Below are positions 40,149 to 53,293 of a stretch of 64,000 nucleotides of DNA, one piece after another. The DNA is from Antedon mediterranea (lineage: Eukaryota > Animalia > Echinodermata): the NCBI RefSeq assembly GCF_964355755.1, contig NC_092675.1, positions 16,526,912-16,590,911 of the forward strand. Reading direction: 5' to 3'. Both the position numbers and the translations under genes were made by a program. The notes beneath the pieces are model-generated. The model saw only the letters and a list, made by a program, of their open reading frames with translations. It had not been told where the DNA came from and did no database searches. Numbering within the stretch: the stretch's first letter is position 1; every line of letters begins with the position of its first letter.

Positions 40149-40413
40149 CTTTTTTGGCAATATGATAGACCTCTTGTAGTTGTGAGCCGTGTTGTAATAA
40201 AGGGTCTCTTTTCATGCCATATGTACAAGACTGCATTGGTTTTCTAAGCCTTGCATTGCGAAACACTTCATTAAGAGACGGCAAACCAGGAATTTTATTT
40301 CTTGATGTTCCATGAAGGGTGTAATGACGTGATTCATGGTCTCGTTTTGGAGGTCTACTACTTCGTACTAGTTCATCAACCTCAGATGGCGTTGAATGTG
40401 AGAAAAGATTTTT
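40149..40413 (-). CDS. SZT2: SZT2 exon
   Basis: ...DPLLQHGSQLQE; phase 0-1. Confidence 0.88.
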
Positions 40414-40437
40414 CTAAAAAATAAAAGCTTGATATTT

Positions 40438-40652
40438 AGGGACCATGCTAAATGTTTTTACTGCAGTTACTGCAAAACTACATTTTGTTTTTACTTTTTA
40501 ACGTGTTTATTCAATTGTTTAGCAGGTAATCATACACATTGTTTATTACAGTCACAGACTCATAAACCTCTACATTGAAACAAACTAAAACCATACATTA
40601 TTGCAGTAAAAAAGTGTAATTACTGCAGTAGAATAATTTGACACGATCCCTT
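40438..40652. mobile_element. Degraded MITE
   Basis: AGGGACCATGCTAAAT...TACTGCAGT is inverted against ACTGCAGTA...ATTTGACACGATCCCT. An end fragment recurs near 59396. Confidence 0.5.
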
Positions 40653-40760
40653 ATTTGAATAAATGCAATTAAAAAAAGAATGCAATATGGTTATTTTTAT
40701 GGATCCGAGAATAATAAATATAATAATCATAATTAAAACCTAAATTGCTGTTCTGCTTAC

Positions 40761-40931
40761 CTGACGACTAGGCGGTTGAACCATTTTCTTGAAGTGGAAT
40801 ATTCCAATTTTCTGGTAGACAATACTGTTTAGTAGACTTGCACGTGAATTATGCCATCGCACTAAACGTGATAACGTCTTCTCTAAATGGTTGGTGTTTT
40901 CTAATGACCAGTTGTAGGTGTATAAACTAAG
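40761..40931 (-). CDS. SZT2: SZT2 exon
   Basis: LSLYTYNWS...LVRWHNSR...QKIGIFH; phase 0-0. Confidence 0.92.
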
Positions 40932-41349
40932 CTATAGATGAGAAAATCGTTGAATAATCATTTTAATAGTTATTTATTCAGCAAGTATATAGAGGGAGTA
41001 ATAGCCATGCATGAGCCCAAAAAGAGTAGCTTTAGTTTCGTAGTTACTAGTCATGCTTGCCTTCCAATCCAGTGTTGTAACTCACAACTCTTTCAACTCC
41101 ACTCCCTAAGCCTCCAAATGATACTGAATTTAAAAGCATGATAAATTATGAAAATTTTTTATTCATCCTGTAACTAGCGAGTTACTTGCTGTTGGATGCA
41201 ATACAAAATGCATAAAAAAGTAGTAAAAATATGTTTTTAAATGTCTAATAATAATAATAACAGACTGGATATAATAAATAGAACAATTCTAGGGATATTA
41301 TTTATATTAATTATTATTAATTTAATAATATTATTTAATTATAATTTAC

Positions 41350-41510
41350 CTCAGTATCTACAACATGCAGGAGTAGAAGTCTCTGTCTTGGTATAGAATA
41401 AGCGTCTATGTGTTTCTGGTGGGTGTTATCTCTTGGGATATTGAGAAAGATGTCTTTTGGTTTCAGTGAACTTATGACCAATGGATCAAACTTCTGAACA
41501 CTTTTGTGAG
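41350..41510 (-). CDS. SZT2: SZT2 exon
   Basis: QKFDPL...IPRQRLLLL; phase 1-0. Confidence 0.88.
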
Positions 41511-42049
41511 CTGCAAGAAAATCAGAACAGCACATGTATTGATTACAATTACTAGTGGAGTACTTATTCTATTTATGTTGAGTTTATTATTACTGGCATT
41601 ATTACCATCCTGCAAAGACTGGTGATTTTCATGCAAAATATCAAAGTGGGTATAGGTCAAAGTTCCGTGTGCAGTGTGAAAACAATTTTATGCATTCTGC
41701 ATTCATCTGACAGAATTATTGAAAAATACTCCCTTTTGGAAGAGGATACACATCCAAGCAAATATTATAGAATTTCACAGTTTGTCTGTACAACCTTTTG
41801 TACTTTTGTATAGGCTGACAAATTGTAATACATGTCACACGATTTGATAATTAATTGGTCAAATGTTTCACCCTACTACAGAATTGTAATGTATAATCAG
41901 CATATTGAGAACACTTTTTACAAGTAGTTCAAAGATCACATTTTTAATGTGAATATACAATACAAATTACATTAAAGTAGGGCAACACATCTGAACAATT
42001 ACCTTAGCTCCCTGATGCAAAGCTACTAAACTTGTATATTTCAACTTAC

Positions 42050-42200
42050 TTCTTGTGTTAACAAGACTTGGCATACTCATAGATTCCTCATTATTGTACA
42101 ACATACTACGCCACTGCTTGATATTCCGACCAATCAAAATGTAGTCATTAACATCACAAGGTGAATTGTTTGACTCGCTTTCAAAACCAACTTCGAATGG
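42050..42200 (-). CDS. SZT2: SZT2 exon
   Basis: ...YILIGRNIKQWR; donor A|gtaagt gives the required phase 1. Confidence 0.78.
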
Positions 42201-42535
42201 CTTCACATAAAAAAAATTTTTTTTTTTAATTACTCACAAAATATAATGTATCATTAGTGCTAAAAAGGGTTAGGATTTAGATTAGGTTAAATTTTTTATT
42301 TTTATTTTTCAAACAATTTTTGTTGTTCAGAACAAAAAACACAGGTATCCCATTTTTTTATGTTGAAGGCTTATTATTATTTATATTTTTTTGCTTGAAG
42401 GGTTATCCTCTTGCTCTTGTCATTTGGCTATTTATAAAAAAACAACAAAATACTCAAAATTAACCCAAATTAAGCATCTACAAAAATATTCAGAAGTAAA
42501 AATAAAAACTGATATAATAAATGGTTAAAACCAAC

Positions 42536-42723
42536 CTTGTATTTTGACGAATCACTGATTATATTTGTATTCACTAAATTGAAGTCTTTGTCCTTCTTTT
42601 TGTAAAGTTTATAGATGCAGTCGCCGTAGTTACTATAAAGTGAGTGCAGTAACTCATGTAGGACAGTTTGCACAGCAAATCTTGACGACAGCTTTAGTTT
42701 TTGTTTTCGTACAGATGGTACCT
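42536..42723 (-). CDS. SZT2: SZT2 exon
   Basis: VPSVRKQKLKLSSRFAVQTVLHE; phase 1-0. Confidence 0.82.
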
Positions 42724-43507
42724 CTGTGAAATTTAAGTATAATTCTTGTACACTTTATGAATGTAAATTATTATTTACACAGCAGTCACATGATCAACTC
42801 GCATATAGACAGTCCTTACTTTTTTCAAATAGTGTACCATGTCGTTTTTGTGCATGTGTGCATTGTATATGTAAGCAGGACCAACAACTTCCATCCAACG
42901 GACAAGGCAAGGAGAGCAAAGCATATATTGCACCTTGACATTTTTTGATAAATGGTTTAAATATTACGTATGTATAAGCATGATACAAGTAATATTAAAC
43001 CCATTCCACTCACATGCAGATTCACTTACTATTACACAATATTGCTCTTATTGTCTCACCCGTTTTTGATTTCATACACATCCAACATCAAGAAACTTGC
43101 CAATAAACGATGAATCAACTATATCATACTTTATATCACAAACTATATCTCATTTGAGGTTTAGGGAGTGGAGTAGTCCCGAGTTACGAGTAGAAAAGGA
43201 TAACATTGGGCCATGGGATTGGAAGGCAAGGATGTTAATAACCAAATACCCTTTAAACACCTGCAAAATGTAAGTTGTAACCAAGTTTGCATAGCGTTAT
43301 AAGACAATTTTGTGGAAAATCACATTGATGAGAGGTCTGTTTTTTTGTTTCGAGATGTTACTGCATACATGTATCTAGTATTAAACTGACAAATCATAGT
43401 AATCAAATAGCACACAACTACAAGTATAAGAGTATGTGAAGGGCCGCTGATTATGAGCTTTTCATAGAAATGGGCGCAATGTTAATATTATTATATGTAA
43501 AAGCAAA

Positions 43508-43623
43508 ATACTCAATTACCTAGTTTATGCTCAAATTCTAGCCAATCAATGGCAGTGTCTTTATAATACTCAATTACCTAGTTTATGCTCAAATTCTAGC
43601 CAATCAATGGCAGTGTCTTTATA
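43508..43623. repeat. 58-bp tandem duplication spanning an SZT2 exon end and splice donor
   Basis: ATACTCAATTACCTAGTTTATGCTCAAATTCTAGCCAATCAATGGCAGTGTCTTTATA occurs twice, with no differences. Confidence 0.92.
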
Positions 43624-43755
43624 GACTTCGTGCAAGGAAGCAGTAAGCCCTTCTTCTGCTTCTTGGTAGAGGCTACTAAGAGCTTGCTGTTGCCGACTTT
43701 CAATCTCTTGCTGCTTCCAACTGGGAACACGACTTGCTGGGTCACCTTTCAATTG
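43578..43755 (-). CDS. SZT2: SZT2 exon
   Basis: QLKGDP...AEEGLTASLH...IDWLEF; phase 0-1. Confidence 0.85.
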
Positions 43756-43819
43756 CTATTATAAAAAAAAAAGAAAAATTTAATTCTACATAACCTTTTC
43801 AAAAAACAAATAATTATTA

Positions 43820-44200
43820 TTTATTCTTTATACTGGGTGACCTCTTCAGTCAGAGTAAGGTAATTTAACAACAGGACACAGAGATCACCTTGCCAAGATA
43901 GGAACTTGTAGCAGTCCTTAAAAATATGTCTGGCTGCGAAAAATACTAACAGTACTGCACTCTGTAATACAGCCACAGATAAACACTTTAATCTCCAGAA
44001 CTCATTCTGTTAAGATTGCCTTGGTCAGAGCCTGTTATAGTGGATGTGTATGGCAGTGGCTGTGTGCGTACAGCTAACCCACTACTTTTCTCAAAAGATG
44101 TACATATTTGTACACTGGATGTTCTCTACTACCAGAACCATGGAGCCAGTGAGCCTTGAACGGTTCCACTGCCTTAACTGCTTGACCACTCACTCGCTCT
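43820..44200 (-). mobile_element. SINE family A, degraded
   Basis: Head GAGCGAGTGAGTGGTCAAGCAGTTAAGGCAGTGGAACCG on minus; tail GACTGAAGAGGTCACCCAGTATAAA matches 61753-61777. Confidence 0.7.
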
Positions 44201-44218
44201 AAGATTTGGTTATAATAC

Positions 44219-44389
44219 CTTGGACGGACTAACTGAGGGTGACTGGCTACTTGATGGTGATGGTTTTGGAGAAGGTCTTGGTGATGTCCGCGGTGATTCA
44301 CCAGTGCTATACTGCTGTGATCCACCTTTCTTAGACTTGGGGGGTGTTTCAGATGGAACACTACTTTCAGTCGATACAGATTGAGAGCG
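44219..44389 (-). CDS. SZT2: SZT2 exon (Ser/Pro-rich)
   Basis: RSQSVSTESS...SPSVSPSK; AG/GT boundaries, phase 0-0. Confidence 0.75.
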
Positions 44390-45458
44390 CTACAATTTAA
44401 AATGTAAACATTATGTAAGTTTTAGCAAAGAATATCTTAAATATCCCAATATATATGAATATGATCTCAATAGTATATGTCACACACAGCAAAGCATGCA
44501 TCCTAGAAAAAAACAATAACAAAAAATGATATATGTTTAATATATATATTCAATATACAACATTAATAGCTGATAACTTAATGTATCAATGGCTTCAAAA
44601 TATAAATAAAATCTTAAAATTCATGCATGTTAAAAAAAGAAAATAATTCATTAATTCAAACACAATACCAAGCAGTTATATATGGTGCTACCAATGTAAT
44701 TGTAGTAAGTGTAGTGTAAGTGTAAAATAATATCACAGCATATCTATGAAAATTAATACAATAATAATGTTAGTACAATCTTATATTATAGTAAAAATAC
44801 AACAAATAGTTAAACATTTAGAAAAAACATAGATTTCATAGGTTTCCATTTACATTCTGTCTAGATAGCACTGTAATCATTTACCTATAAATTATAATCT
44901 AATTATAGGCACAGACTGTAATAATAAACTCTTAAAGAAAAGTAAGAATTTGGCCCTTACAATTCCAAGATCAAATGACTAGAAAACACAAATTGAGCTA
45001 TTAGTAAGGAATATAATTGGTCAACCAACACACATTAAACAGAAGTGCTTCTTTTAATATGGGGAATTTCAAACAGAAACACCTGAAATTTTTCATTTCA
45101 GGTGTTTCTCTGTTAACTCATCAAAGTTAATATTCTTGCTCACAATGGTCACCACTTGATTGGTGCTATTTAAGTAGAATGTGACAGTTTAAACCATTAA
45201 TCTTAAGTTTCAGTTCACACTAAAAGTAATGAAATACACGATAAGGTATTAAGGTCAACTCTAAAAAAACCCAACTTTGAACTGCAAGAAATTCAGAAAC
45301 TATAGAGTAAAATCTGGATTTGTCAGAGTTGACTGTGTACATAATATACTGTAATAAACACAAGCAGGGAATATTAACGATAAACACACACACATTGTGT
45401 TATAATATATAATATTGTATAATATAATGCAGTAGCACAATCCAGATCCTGGCAATAC

Positions 45459-45521
45459 CTGGAATAAAAGTTGAAGACCTTTGGTTGATAGTTGACCAGG
45501 AGAAGCTGACATTGTAGGCTT
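45459..45521 (-). CDS. SZT2: Candidate small SZT2 exon
   Basis: 63 nt, open, AG/GT, phase 0-0; no recognisable conservation. Confidence 0.4.
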
Positions 45522-46762
45522 CTATGTAATAAAGTACAGTTAACAAAATTAGTTTTATACTATAAAAAAAACACAAATTATCTACAATCAAAGAGTGTTC
45601 ACTAAAATATCTCTTTGATCAAATCTATAGTAATACTTTTAGTTAATTTAATATTGGCATAAACCTCAATTGAGTGAAAGTCACCAATAAGCAAACAATT
45701 ATATATATTTTTAATAAAAAGGGAAATCTTCAATGGAGTAAATAAGTAAGATTTCTACATGCTTTAACATACAGATATGTCTAAGGGTATAGAGTGCATC
45801 ACATCAATAATAATTTCATGCTATAGGCTATTATTATTATGTTTCAATGGTAACACACATTTGATACAGGCATGTTGTAGTAACACGTACACGCCATGAA
45901 AATAAGGAAGATACATAACAAACAAAACATCATAAATGCTAATAAAAAGTTTTGTGATCGAGTAAAGTAGTATAAACCCCATGCTAGGAAGACTATGGCT
46001 ATGTTTTACAGATAAGTTTAGCTTGTTGAAGATAATTTGTTACAATATTCAAGCAAATAGTTTTATTCATCACTATTAAATAATATTTGTCATTCATGGA
46101 AACTAAGACTCATAAAATGGTATATTAATATTGTTCTACTAAACAAAAATGAACCACGTCATTCTCACATCAATACCTGAAACCACCTGGCAACAGAAGA
46201 TGGTGAAATGGACAGGACAAGCTTGTGGAGTAAAGAAACAAACATACAGATGATGTTCAGACAAGTTAGGTAAGCCACTTGACATATTTCCAGTTTTTCC
46301 AACAGTAGCCTATGGTGCGGTACTTTCAATAAAAATGTCTTAGAAGGGACAAGCCGAAGGCCCACTGCCATTAATAAGCAGTCATTATATCGAGATTATC
46401 TACTATTTGATTCACATTTCATTTGCCATTAAGTTATTGTCAGGCATAATTTGAAGAACATGGGCCACCCTATAGTATGTCTGAACACCAAAGCATAAAA
46501 CAATCAGGCATTTGATTTCCTTTAATTTGAAGGAACTGTAATGATGCAGGCATCAGCATACAGGTGTTAATGTTCATTGCATGAAAATAAAATGCATATT
46601 AAAACTTATCATGTTATGTTTTATTATTTTATTTTTATTTGTGATTCACAAGAGAAACCAGTAAAATAAATTAAGACTATTTATAGCGTAGAAAATCCTA
46701 ATCAAATATTTTAGAAATACAGTTTATATATACAGTATATATTATTATGCATCGTTGCATAC

Positions 46763-46822
46763 CTTGCGTTCTTTTGGTGTACTTTCCCTTGAGGAAGTTA
46801 TTTGATGCTGATTGGCTGAAAG
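46763..46822 (-). CDS. SZT2: Candidate small SZT2 exon
   Basis: 60 nt, ttacag| and |gtatgc, phase 0-0. Confidence 0.55.
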
Positions 46823-47314
46823 CTGTAAATAATTAATTACTGTAATGTTAAATTTAATACCAACCCCAGATATTTTATGAAACAAAAGTATTCCATATAT
46901 CATTTTTATTCATTTCCATCTGTGCAATTAAAAACATGGGAGAAAAAATGTAAAATACAAGAAAGTGTCAAAACAATAATCATGATATGAAAATAAAAAT
47001 ATGATTACTGGAAAGAGACTCAATGTTTACTGCAGTTTTCATTTCATTCCTGGAACTCATAGAAAGTTAGCTTAACGTTGGAATGGTTCAAACCTGAAAC
47101 CTCTTGAAGTAAATGAAAGCACATTATATATAATTATTATAATATTTAAATATTACATGAAGAGTTTACAGCATGTATATCTTTATATAAGTAGAAGTAA
47201 AGTAGTATATCTTTATATGAAGTTCATTTATTTTCATTGAGACCCTATGTGAAGTGTTAGCCAAGACACGACATTATTGGATTTGTTTCAAACATATTTA
47301 AGTTCAATCAGTTA

Positions 47315-47612
47315 ACAACATCGGCAAGGGTTCAAGGCTCACTCACTCCTAGTTCTGGTGGTGGAACAAGTCTTCTCGGATAAGGACTATAAACCTATAA
47401 GTGTACACAGTTATAACCTGTGTGCACTTTAAAAAACCCAGTTCATTATTCGAAAAGAGTAGGGGGTTACCCCGGTGAACTGGTTCGCAAAATTGCCCCT
47501 GTATCAGGATGATTTCGACCTATCTGATAGGACAGTGATTAAACTACTATTGGCAATCCTTGGCCACATTGCCTAAAGACATAAAATAAAATAAATAAAA
47601 TAAATAAATAAA
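47315..47612 (+). mobile_element. SINE family A, 5'-truncated, (TAAAA)n tail
   Basis: Shared core; tail CTGATAGGACAGTG...CCTTGGCCAC. Confidence 0.8.
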
Positions 47613-48496
47613 TAACCATTAGTGAATATAAATATTAATATACATTTACATTAGAATATATATCTAATTAACATGCATTTTGTGGTAAGATATTCTAAGA
47701 TTAGGCGATGTTAATTTTTACATAGCATATTGCAAAATTAATTTTCTATTATAAATTAATAAATCTTCAGCGACCATATATTAAACTAGGGATAGTTAGT
47801 ATACATGGAAATGTATAACAACACCAGCTATTCTACTAAGATCCTCCCAGTTCCTGTTTACATTTTAACTAACTAATAGGTCTTATAAGAAATTTGTAAT
47901 GTGCCATGGGCTATCAATTTGGCTAACAAAAAGAATCATCTCCAGTAATGGATGAATTGTATTTCTAATTTGAATAGCATAAATGTTCCCACCAATATGA
48001 GATGATATTTAATTGAATGTACAGTATGATATACAGTAGTTCATGCCATGGAATGATGCATGTTGCATACAGGCATTGCAATGCAAGAGCATGCTATAGC
48101 ACCTGATTGTCAGTGCTGCAACTCAATAATGATGAGATTTGTTCAGTATCATAGGCAAATCCATGTCTGTATCATGGAAGGTTAGGTTATGTTAAGGGTT
48201 AGGTTAGGAATTATGATACATGTGTTACTGTTAAATGCGTTTCACATGTAATGCTGTATCATAGAATTTGCCTATGATACTGGATACATTTAGATACAGT
48301 ACAGTACTGAATTGGCTTACCATAAGAAAATCACCAAATTGGCGGGGCTCAGAAATAAGGTATGTTATATTGTAAGCATGCTTAATGATTTCCATAAATA
48401 TAGTAGAGAGGACTCTGGACTCAACTTCGCTTTGAGATTGAATCCAAATTGTTACAAGTTGCTGAAGACCCATAAATATGCAAGATTTAGAAATAC

Positions 48497-48565
48497 CTTC
48501 AGCATTTTTTGGTAGAATCTAAAATCTGGAAGCGAGAACCCTGCTTCACCAACTGACTTAGATCG
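48497..48565 (-). CDS. SZT2: Candidate small SZT2 exon
   Basis: 69 nt RSKSVGEAGFSLPDFRFYQKMLK; tttcag| and |gtattt, phase 0-0. Confidence 0.55.
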
Positions 48566-49388
48566 CTGAAATATACACCAGTATTACAATAAGTACAAAA
48601 TTTAATTATAAAATAGAACATGAAAGTAAAAGCAAAGTTATACAGGTAAATAAATAATTATAAAAGTACAAATATTAAAGTTTAAATATTAATAAATTTA
48701 AAAAGTTAATTTAGAATTGAAATTAATCTATACCTGTAAAGTATTATAGGTGGAAATCAGAAAAAAAAACCCATTGTTGAAGCTATTCATCTAAAGCCAC
48801 TAAAAATGAATATACCATTGTAATGTGGAGGTGTTGTTGTGGTTCTTCTTCTATAAAATGTATCGTTAACTGGTCTGTCCAAAATTAACACAAATATGTG
48901 GCACGTACAAGCCAAATCAGCCATATCAAACTACAGATATATCTATATACTGTACAGCCTAGAATAGCCAAAATCACGTTGACAAATTAGCTGTGATTGG
49001 CCAATTGTGCTCACATGACTTTAAATCTCACGACTGCGGATGCTCACAATGTCGTAGCTGTCAAAATTCCACCCACATGTAAGTAAAAGTCGGATTACAA
49101 GAATTTTTTTTACCATTATAAAACGGATAATTAACTGCATAATAATATGATATTATCTCCAAATATATGCGACTGATCTGGCTATTCTCCCTGTCACATA
49201 TTACAGTAAGTTCTATACTACTGTATATGATTGCAAACATAAAACCATGCATAATTAGTAGACTATTATATTTCTCAATATCTGTCTAATCATCATTACA
49301 CTTTTGAGGAAGCAAATATCTAAACAAAATTTATAAAAGTATTAAAATTAATATAAATTAAATTAAGTATTGTGTGTTTAAACTTTAC

Positions 49389-49450
49389 CTTGATGTTTAC
49401 AGGAGAGCTACTACTAGACAAAGTAATATCCACTGGCACTTTATTAGGAT
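49389..49450 (-). CDS. SZT2: SZT2 exon
   Basis: 62 nt; supplies the needed phase 1 to 0 change. Confidence 0.7.
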
Positions 49451-49705
49451 CTAAATTTCAGAAAAACAAAAGTATTTCAATTGAATGTTAATTTTGCCAA
49501 ACCAAACATAAAACATTCTGAGCACAGGTGGGAAAAAAAGTTGTCAGAGAAAGGGCTGCAGACATTTGTATGGTTTCAACGTCAACACTTGTGTTAGAGG
49601 CCTTTGACACCACTGTGGCCCGCACAAAGATTGTTTCCTTTTCTTGCGATTACAGCATCAATTTATTTCTCGTGGCTAAAGCACGAAAGAAAATGATTTA
49701 CTGAC

Positions 49706-49912
49706 CTGTTGGGGTCATAGGTGGAGAAGTTGTTGAGTGGCAGCGTCTACTATACATGTCTGGAAGGACGCCGAGTGGTGCTGTCAATATCAGATACTCC
49801 ATCACAGTATCACATAAAGAATGACGAACTGTGTTGAGAAGTTTCTTAGTTAGGCTAGGCATGTCAACATCACCTCTCTCCCAGATACTGAACTCTATCA
49901 ATGATGTTGGAC
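49706..49912 (-). CDS. SZT2: SZT2 exon
   Basis: IEFSIWERGDV...RHSLCDTVMEY; phase 1-1. Confidence 0.9.
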
Positions 49913-50026
49913 CTAAATTCAATAAATATAAGGTAGAAAGAAATGTTTACTAAACAAGATGGCTTATGTGAAACTTTAACCTTTGACCTCCTAACATCAA
50001 TGGTCTTAAAATAAAATATAACAAGG

Positions 50027-51183
50027 CCAAATAAAAAAATATACTTGTTAAGCGTCACACCCTCATAAATTCTAAGGGAAGGGGGGGGGGAAGGCTTTTT
50101 TTTTTTTTTACTTTTTATGGAGGTATATTTTTGCGCGATGAACGTTTCGGCCCACTTTTTTTTTAGGACTAAACGTCAAACTTTTTAAATTTGAAACAGA
50201 ACAAAATTGACTATGTATAAAATATTATTGCCGATGACAAAACTGAGTTTTATATTGTTTATATCCAGACGTAATTAAAACATTAAATTTAATTGCGAAA
50301 TTGTAGGCCCGAACTAATCCGTCCAAGCTACCCCCGCCTCACTCATTGGCCATGGTCCGCCGTCTCTCGCTCGACTCATCTATCCAGGAAATTCCCTATC
50401 TTCCTTAATGAATCCTTTGCCCATTGCTGTGTAAATCAGTAATTAAAGTTGTGATGCGAAAAGTGTGTGTAATTATTCCACAGACAGGTAAACCTAGGCA
50501 TGAGAAAACCCATCGCTCAACAGGACCTCGTGGTGTGTGCCGAGGAGGAGGAGATGTTCTTCTCGAGCGCGAGATCATCGTAAACAAAATTGGTAAAGTC
50601 CATTAAGTATGGGGTGTTTACTATTTACGAACCTATCAAAAACGTGCTTCGACCACTGTGTAGGCAAAATATTTATTTCGTTATATCACTAAATTGATAA
50701 TCGCGTATTCTGTAATCATGTGATTGATGATGTAATCCTCAGCGACATACTAAATGCACAAGATGTGTTGGGAAAAAGCTTACTGTTTATAATGCAAATC
50801 GTTAACAACTACCTCATTACATGATTCACGGTGCTATTTGCGTTTCCTTAGCGTAAATCGGTGGCGTGTAAATGAAACAATTGTTTTCACCAAATTGGTT
50901 CCCATTAGCCGTTGTCGACATAGCGATCGGCGGCTAGCGTGGCTAAGCTAAAAAGCACGCATTTTTTCAAAAATTACACTAGCAAACATTTGCTAGTTTT
51001 GAAATTTTCAACTAGCAATTACGAAGAATTTACTAGCAAATTGCTAGCGAATTTCGAGCCATGCTCTGGGGCTGGGCCGAGCCGCGGAACTTTTCGCCGT
51101 ATATATGGGGAAAAAAAAGAAGAGAGGCGGCTGGATAATCAGGATTGGGCGGTGACGCTTAACAAGTATATTTTTTTATTTGG
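50027..51183. mobile_element. Non-autonomous DNA transposon with perfect 32-bp TIRs, superfamily not determined
   Basis: CCAAATAAAAAAATATACTTGTTAAGCGTCAC at 50027-50058 and its exact reverse complement at 51152-51183. Confidence 0.82.
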
Positions 51184-51341
51184 TTTAATTATAAATACAA
51201 CAATTGATAGTGCATCCCATACTTTGATGCGGTTGTAAACGTAGCCCAAAGTGTTTTGTGACAAACAGACTGAACCAAGGCTCAGTGTGAACTTAGCCAA
51301 AATACATGCAAGAAATCTTGGAAATTCAAGTTATCACAAAC

Positions 51342-51524
51342 CTGGTTTGTTTGAGCCAACAGGTACTTGGTAGATGTTGGTATTTGTTAGATTATCAAAG
51401 ACCTTCTCATGGACATGTTCCTTGTAAGAATTAGGCAAAGGTTTAGGACAGGCTAATGGTGTCATAAGCTTACTCTTCCCATCAACACCAATCAGGACAG
51501 TTGACATAGAAATACAAGCAATTC
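51342..51524 (-). CDS. SZT2: SZT2 exon
   Basis: GIACISMSTV...; phase 1-1. Confidence 0.85.
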
Positions 51525-51934
51525 CTGTACAAATAAAAACACAACATAACTATTTTGTGAGGAAAAAGCATCTTCATATATTTTAATTGAACAAGATTCC
51601 ACTTCCAGATACTTATTGCTTTAGTGGCACTCTATGATATATTGTGCATTGATAAAAATTATACAGGCACAAACAACATAAATTCCCTTTTAATGGTATA
51701 AATACTGGAACAATAAAAAAAAGCATACATAGTCTAGCGTGACTACAGTACTGTACTTGAATGTTGCCCACCTGATTATTATTATCAAATATTATTATTT
51801 CCTTTATATATCATCTTTGAATAGATATCACATTTTGTATTCTAATTGTTATTATTATGCTCTATTGGTTAAATAAATGTTACCAAATCAAATGAATGAA
51901 TGAAATTATAAATCATTTAATCATATGTATCTAC

Positions 51935-52298
51935 CTAGTCCTCCAGATGCCTGTGGTCTGATATACAAATACATATTCCGGTTGTTGTCTTCATCGTGGT
52001 ATGGTCTAAAATGACCCAAGTGATTTTCCTGTCGTTGATCCACATATTTCGGCATGTGCAAGAACTGCAGAAGATTCTGCTGCAAGTAGTACTTAACGCT
52101 TGATAGATACTTGTTGCTTGTCACCGGGATGGTAAACAGCAAGATTTCAGTCGGTTCTCCTTGATCTTTAGTGGATACCTCTTTTTCTTCCTCAAGTACC
52201 TCTGGCACTGAAGACAATTCTGAGTCTTCTTCTATACTACTGAATCTAGATTTTGTCAAAGAAGGCCTCTTTTCACTCCTTTTTGGTGGTTGTATAAA
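51935..52298 (-). CDS. SZT2: SZT2 exon
   Basis: FIQPP...YYLQQNLLQFLHMPKY; phase 0-1. Confidence 0.92.
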
Positions 52299-52588
52299 CT
52301 GTGAACAAATAGTAAAGGTATACCATGAACAACAGCAATCTATCTACAATTTTGCATATTCGCACAATAAAACCAGAATCTTAATTGTCTATCTGACACC
52401 TACAATCCAACCCCAAAAAAGATTTTCTCATTTTAGTCTCTCCTCTCGTTTATTTCATGAGAAAGTTTCCCTTTCCACATTCAATTATATTCCCAAAAAA
52501 CTGATGCCATCCATGAAACAGGCAAATCTAGCTTAATGGTATCCCAAAGCAGGGACAGAAGTACTGTATGTTTTTGGTAGCTGATTAT

Positions 52589-53127
52589 TTACCTCCGCCT
52601 AGGAGGTATGTGTAATCGGTAGCATGTGTTTGTTTGTTAGCAGCATTACTCAAAAAGTTATTACAAGATATTATTATATAATTATACAGATAGATATGTG
52701 GTCAAGGACCATTCCATTAAATTTTGGGACCATTTGGGACCATGGTCCCAATTATGGACCACTTTTTGAGTATACTTTTCAGACCTGCTAGTGTTAAAAG
52801 ATAGGCCAGAATTTTTCAAAAGCCGGCGAGCAGTCTTAAAGTAACAAGTAAACTGAAATTGCAACTACTTGTCCACACTTTTTTGTACAAGAGGCAAGAG
52901 TTATAATTTGTGATTTTCTTTTCAAATTCACTCATTTGATTTTCGCGTTGCTGTTCTATTGTTAGTCAACTGAAGCTATTGTTAATTGAAAGGCTGTTAC
53001 ATAACCATTACACCAAACTCACATACACATGCTTGTAATGAAATTAGCCTAAATCACAAACAGCATCTTATGTAGGAGAATTTTACAGTAGGCGGAGGTA
53101 TGCACTCTCGGAGTGGCTTTCTAGTTA
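52589..53127 (+). mobile_element. Helentron/DINE-1-like non-autonomous element
   Basis: Subterminal inverted repeats TACCTCCGCCTA / TAGGCGGAGGTA, short (GTTT)n, 3' stem-loop CACTCTCGGAGTG, T-rich flanks. A second copy lies at 62091-63755. Confidence 0.78.
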
Positions 53128-53168
53128 ACTTTATTATTTATAGCTATAAAACAATCTAGCATACTTAC

Positions 53169-53293
53169 ATGAACATCTTCTGGTGTCAGTTTACACTGTG
53201 CATTACGCACCAACATGAAAGTTATCACTTTGAGTGTGGCAACATTTATCTTATTCTTAAGCACCATGATCAACTCTTCTTTAATCTCAGGGC
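53169..53293 (-). CDS. SZT2: SZT2 exon
   Basis: PEIKEELIMVL...MLVRNAQCKLTPEDVH; phase 1-0. Confidence 0.92.

Noticed and set aside
44074-44361. 95-aa minus-strand ORF
   Set aside because: It is an alternate frame of an SZT2 exon running into a SINE.
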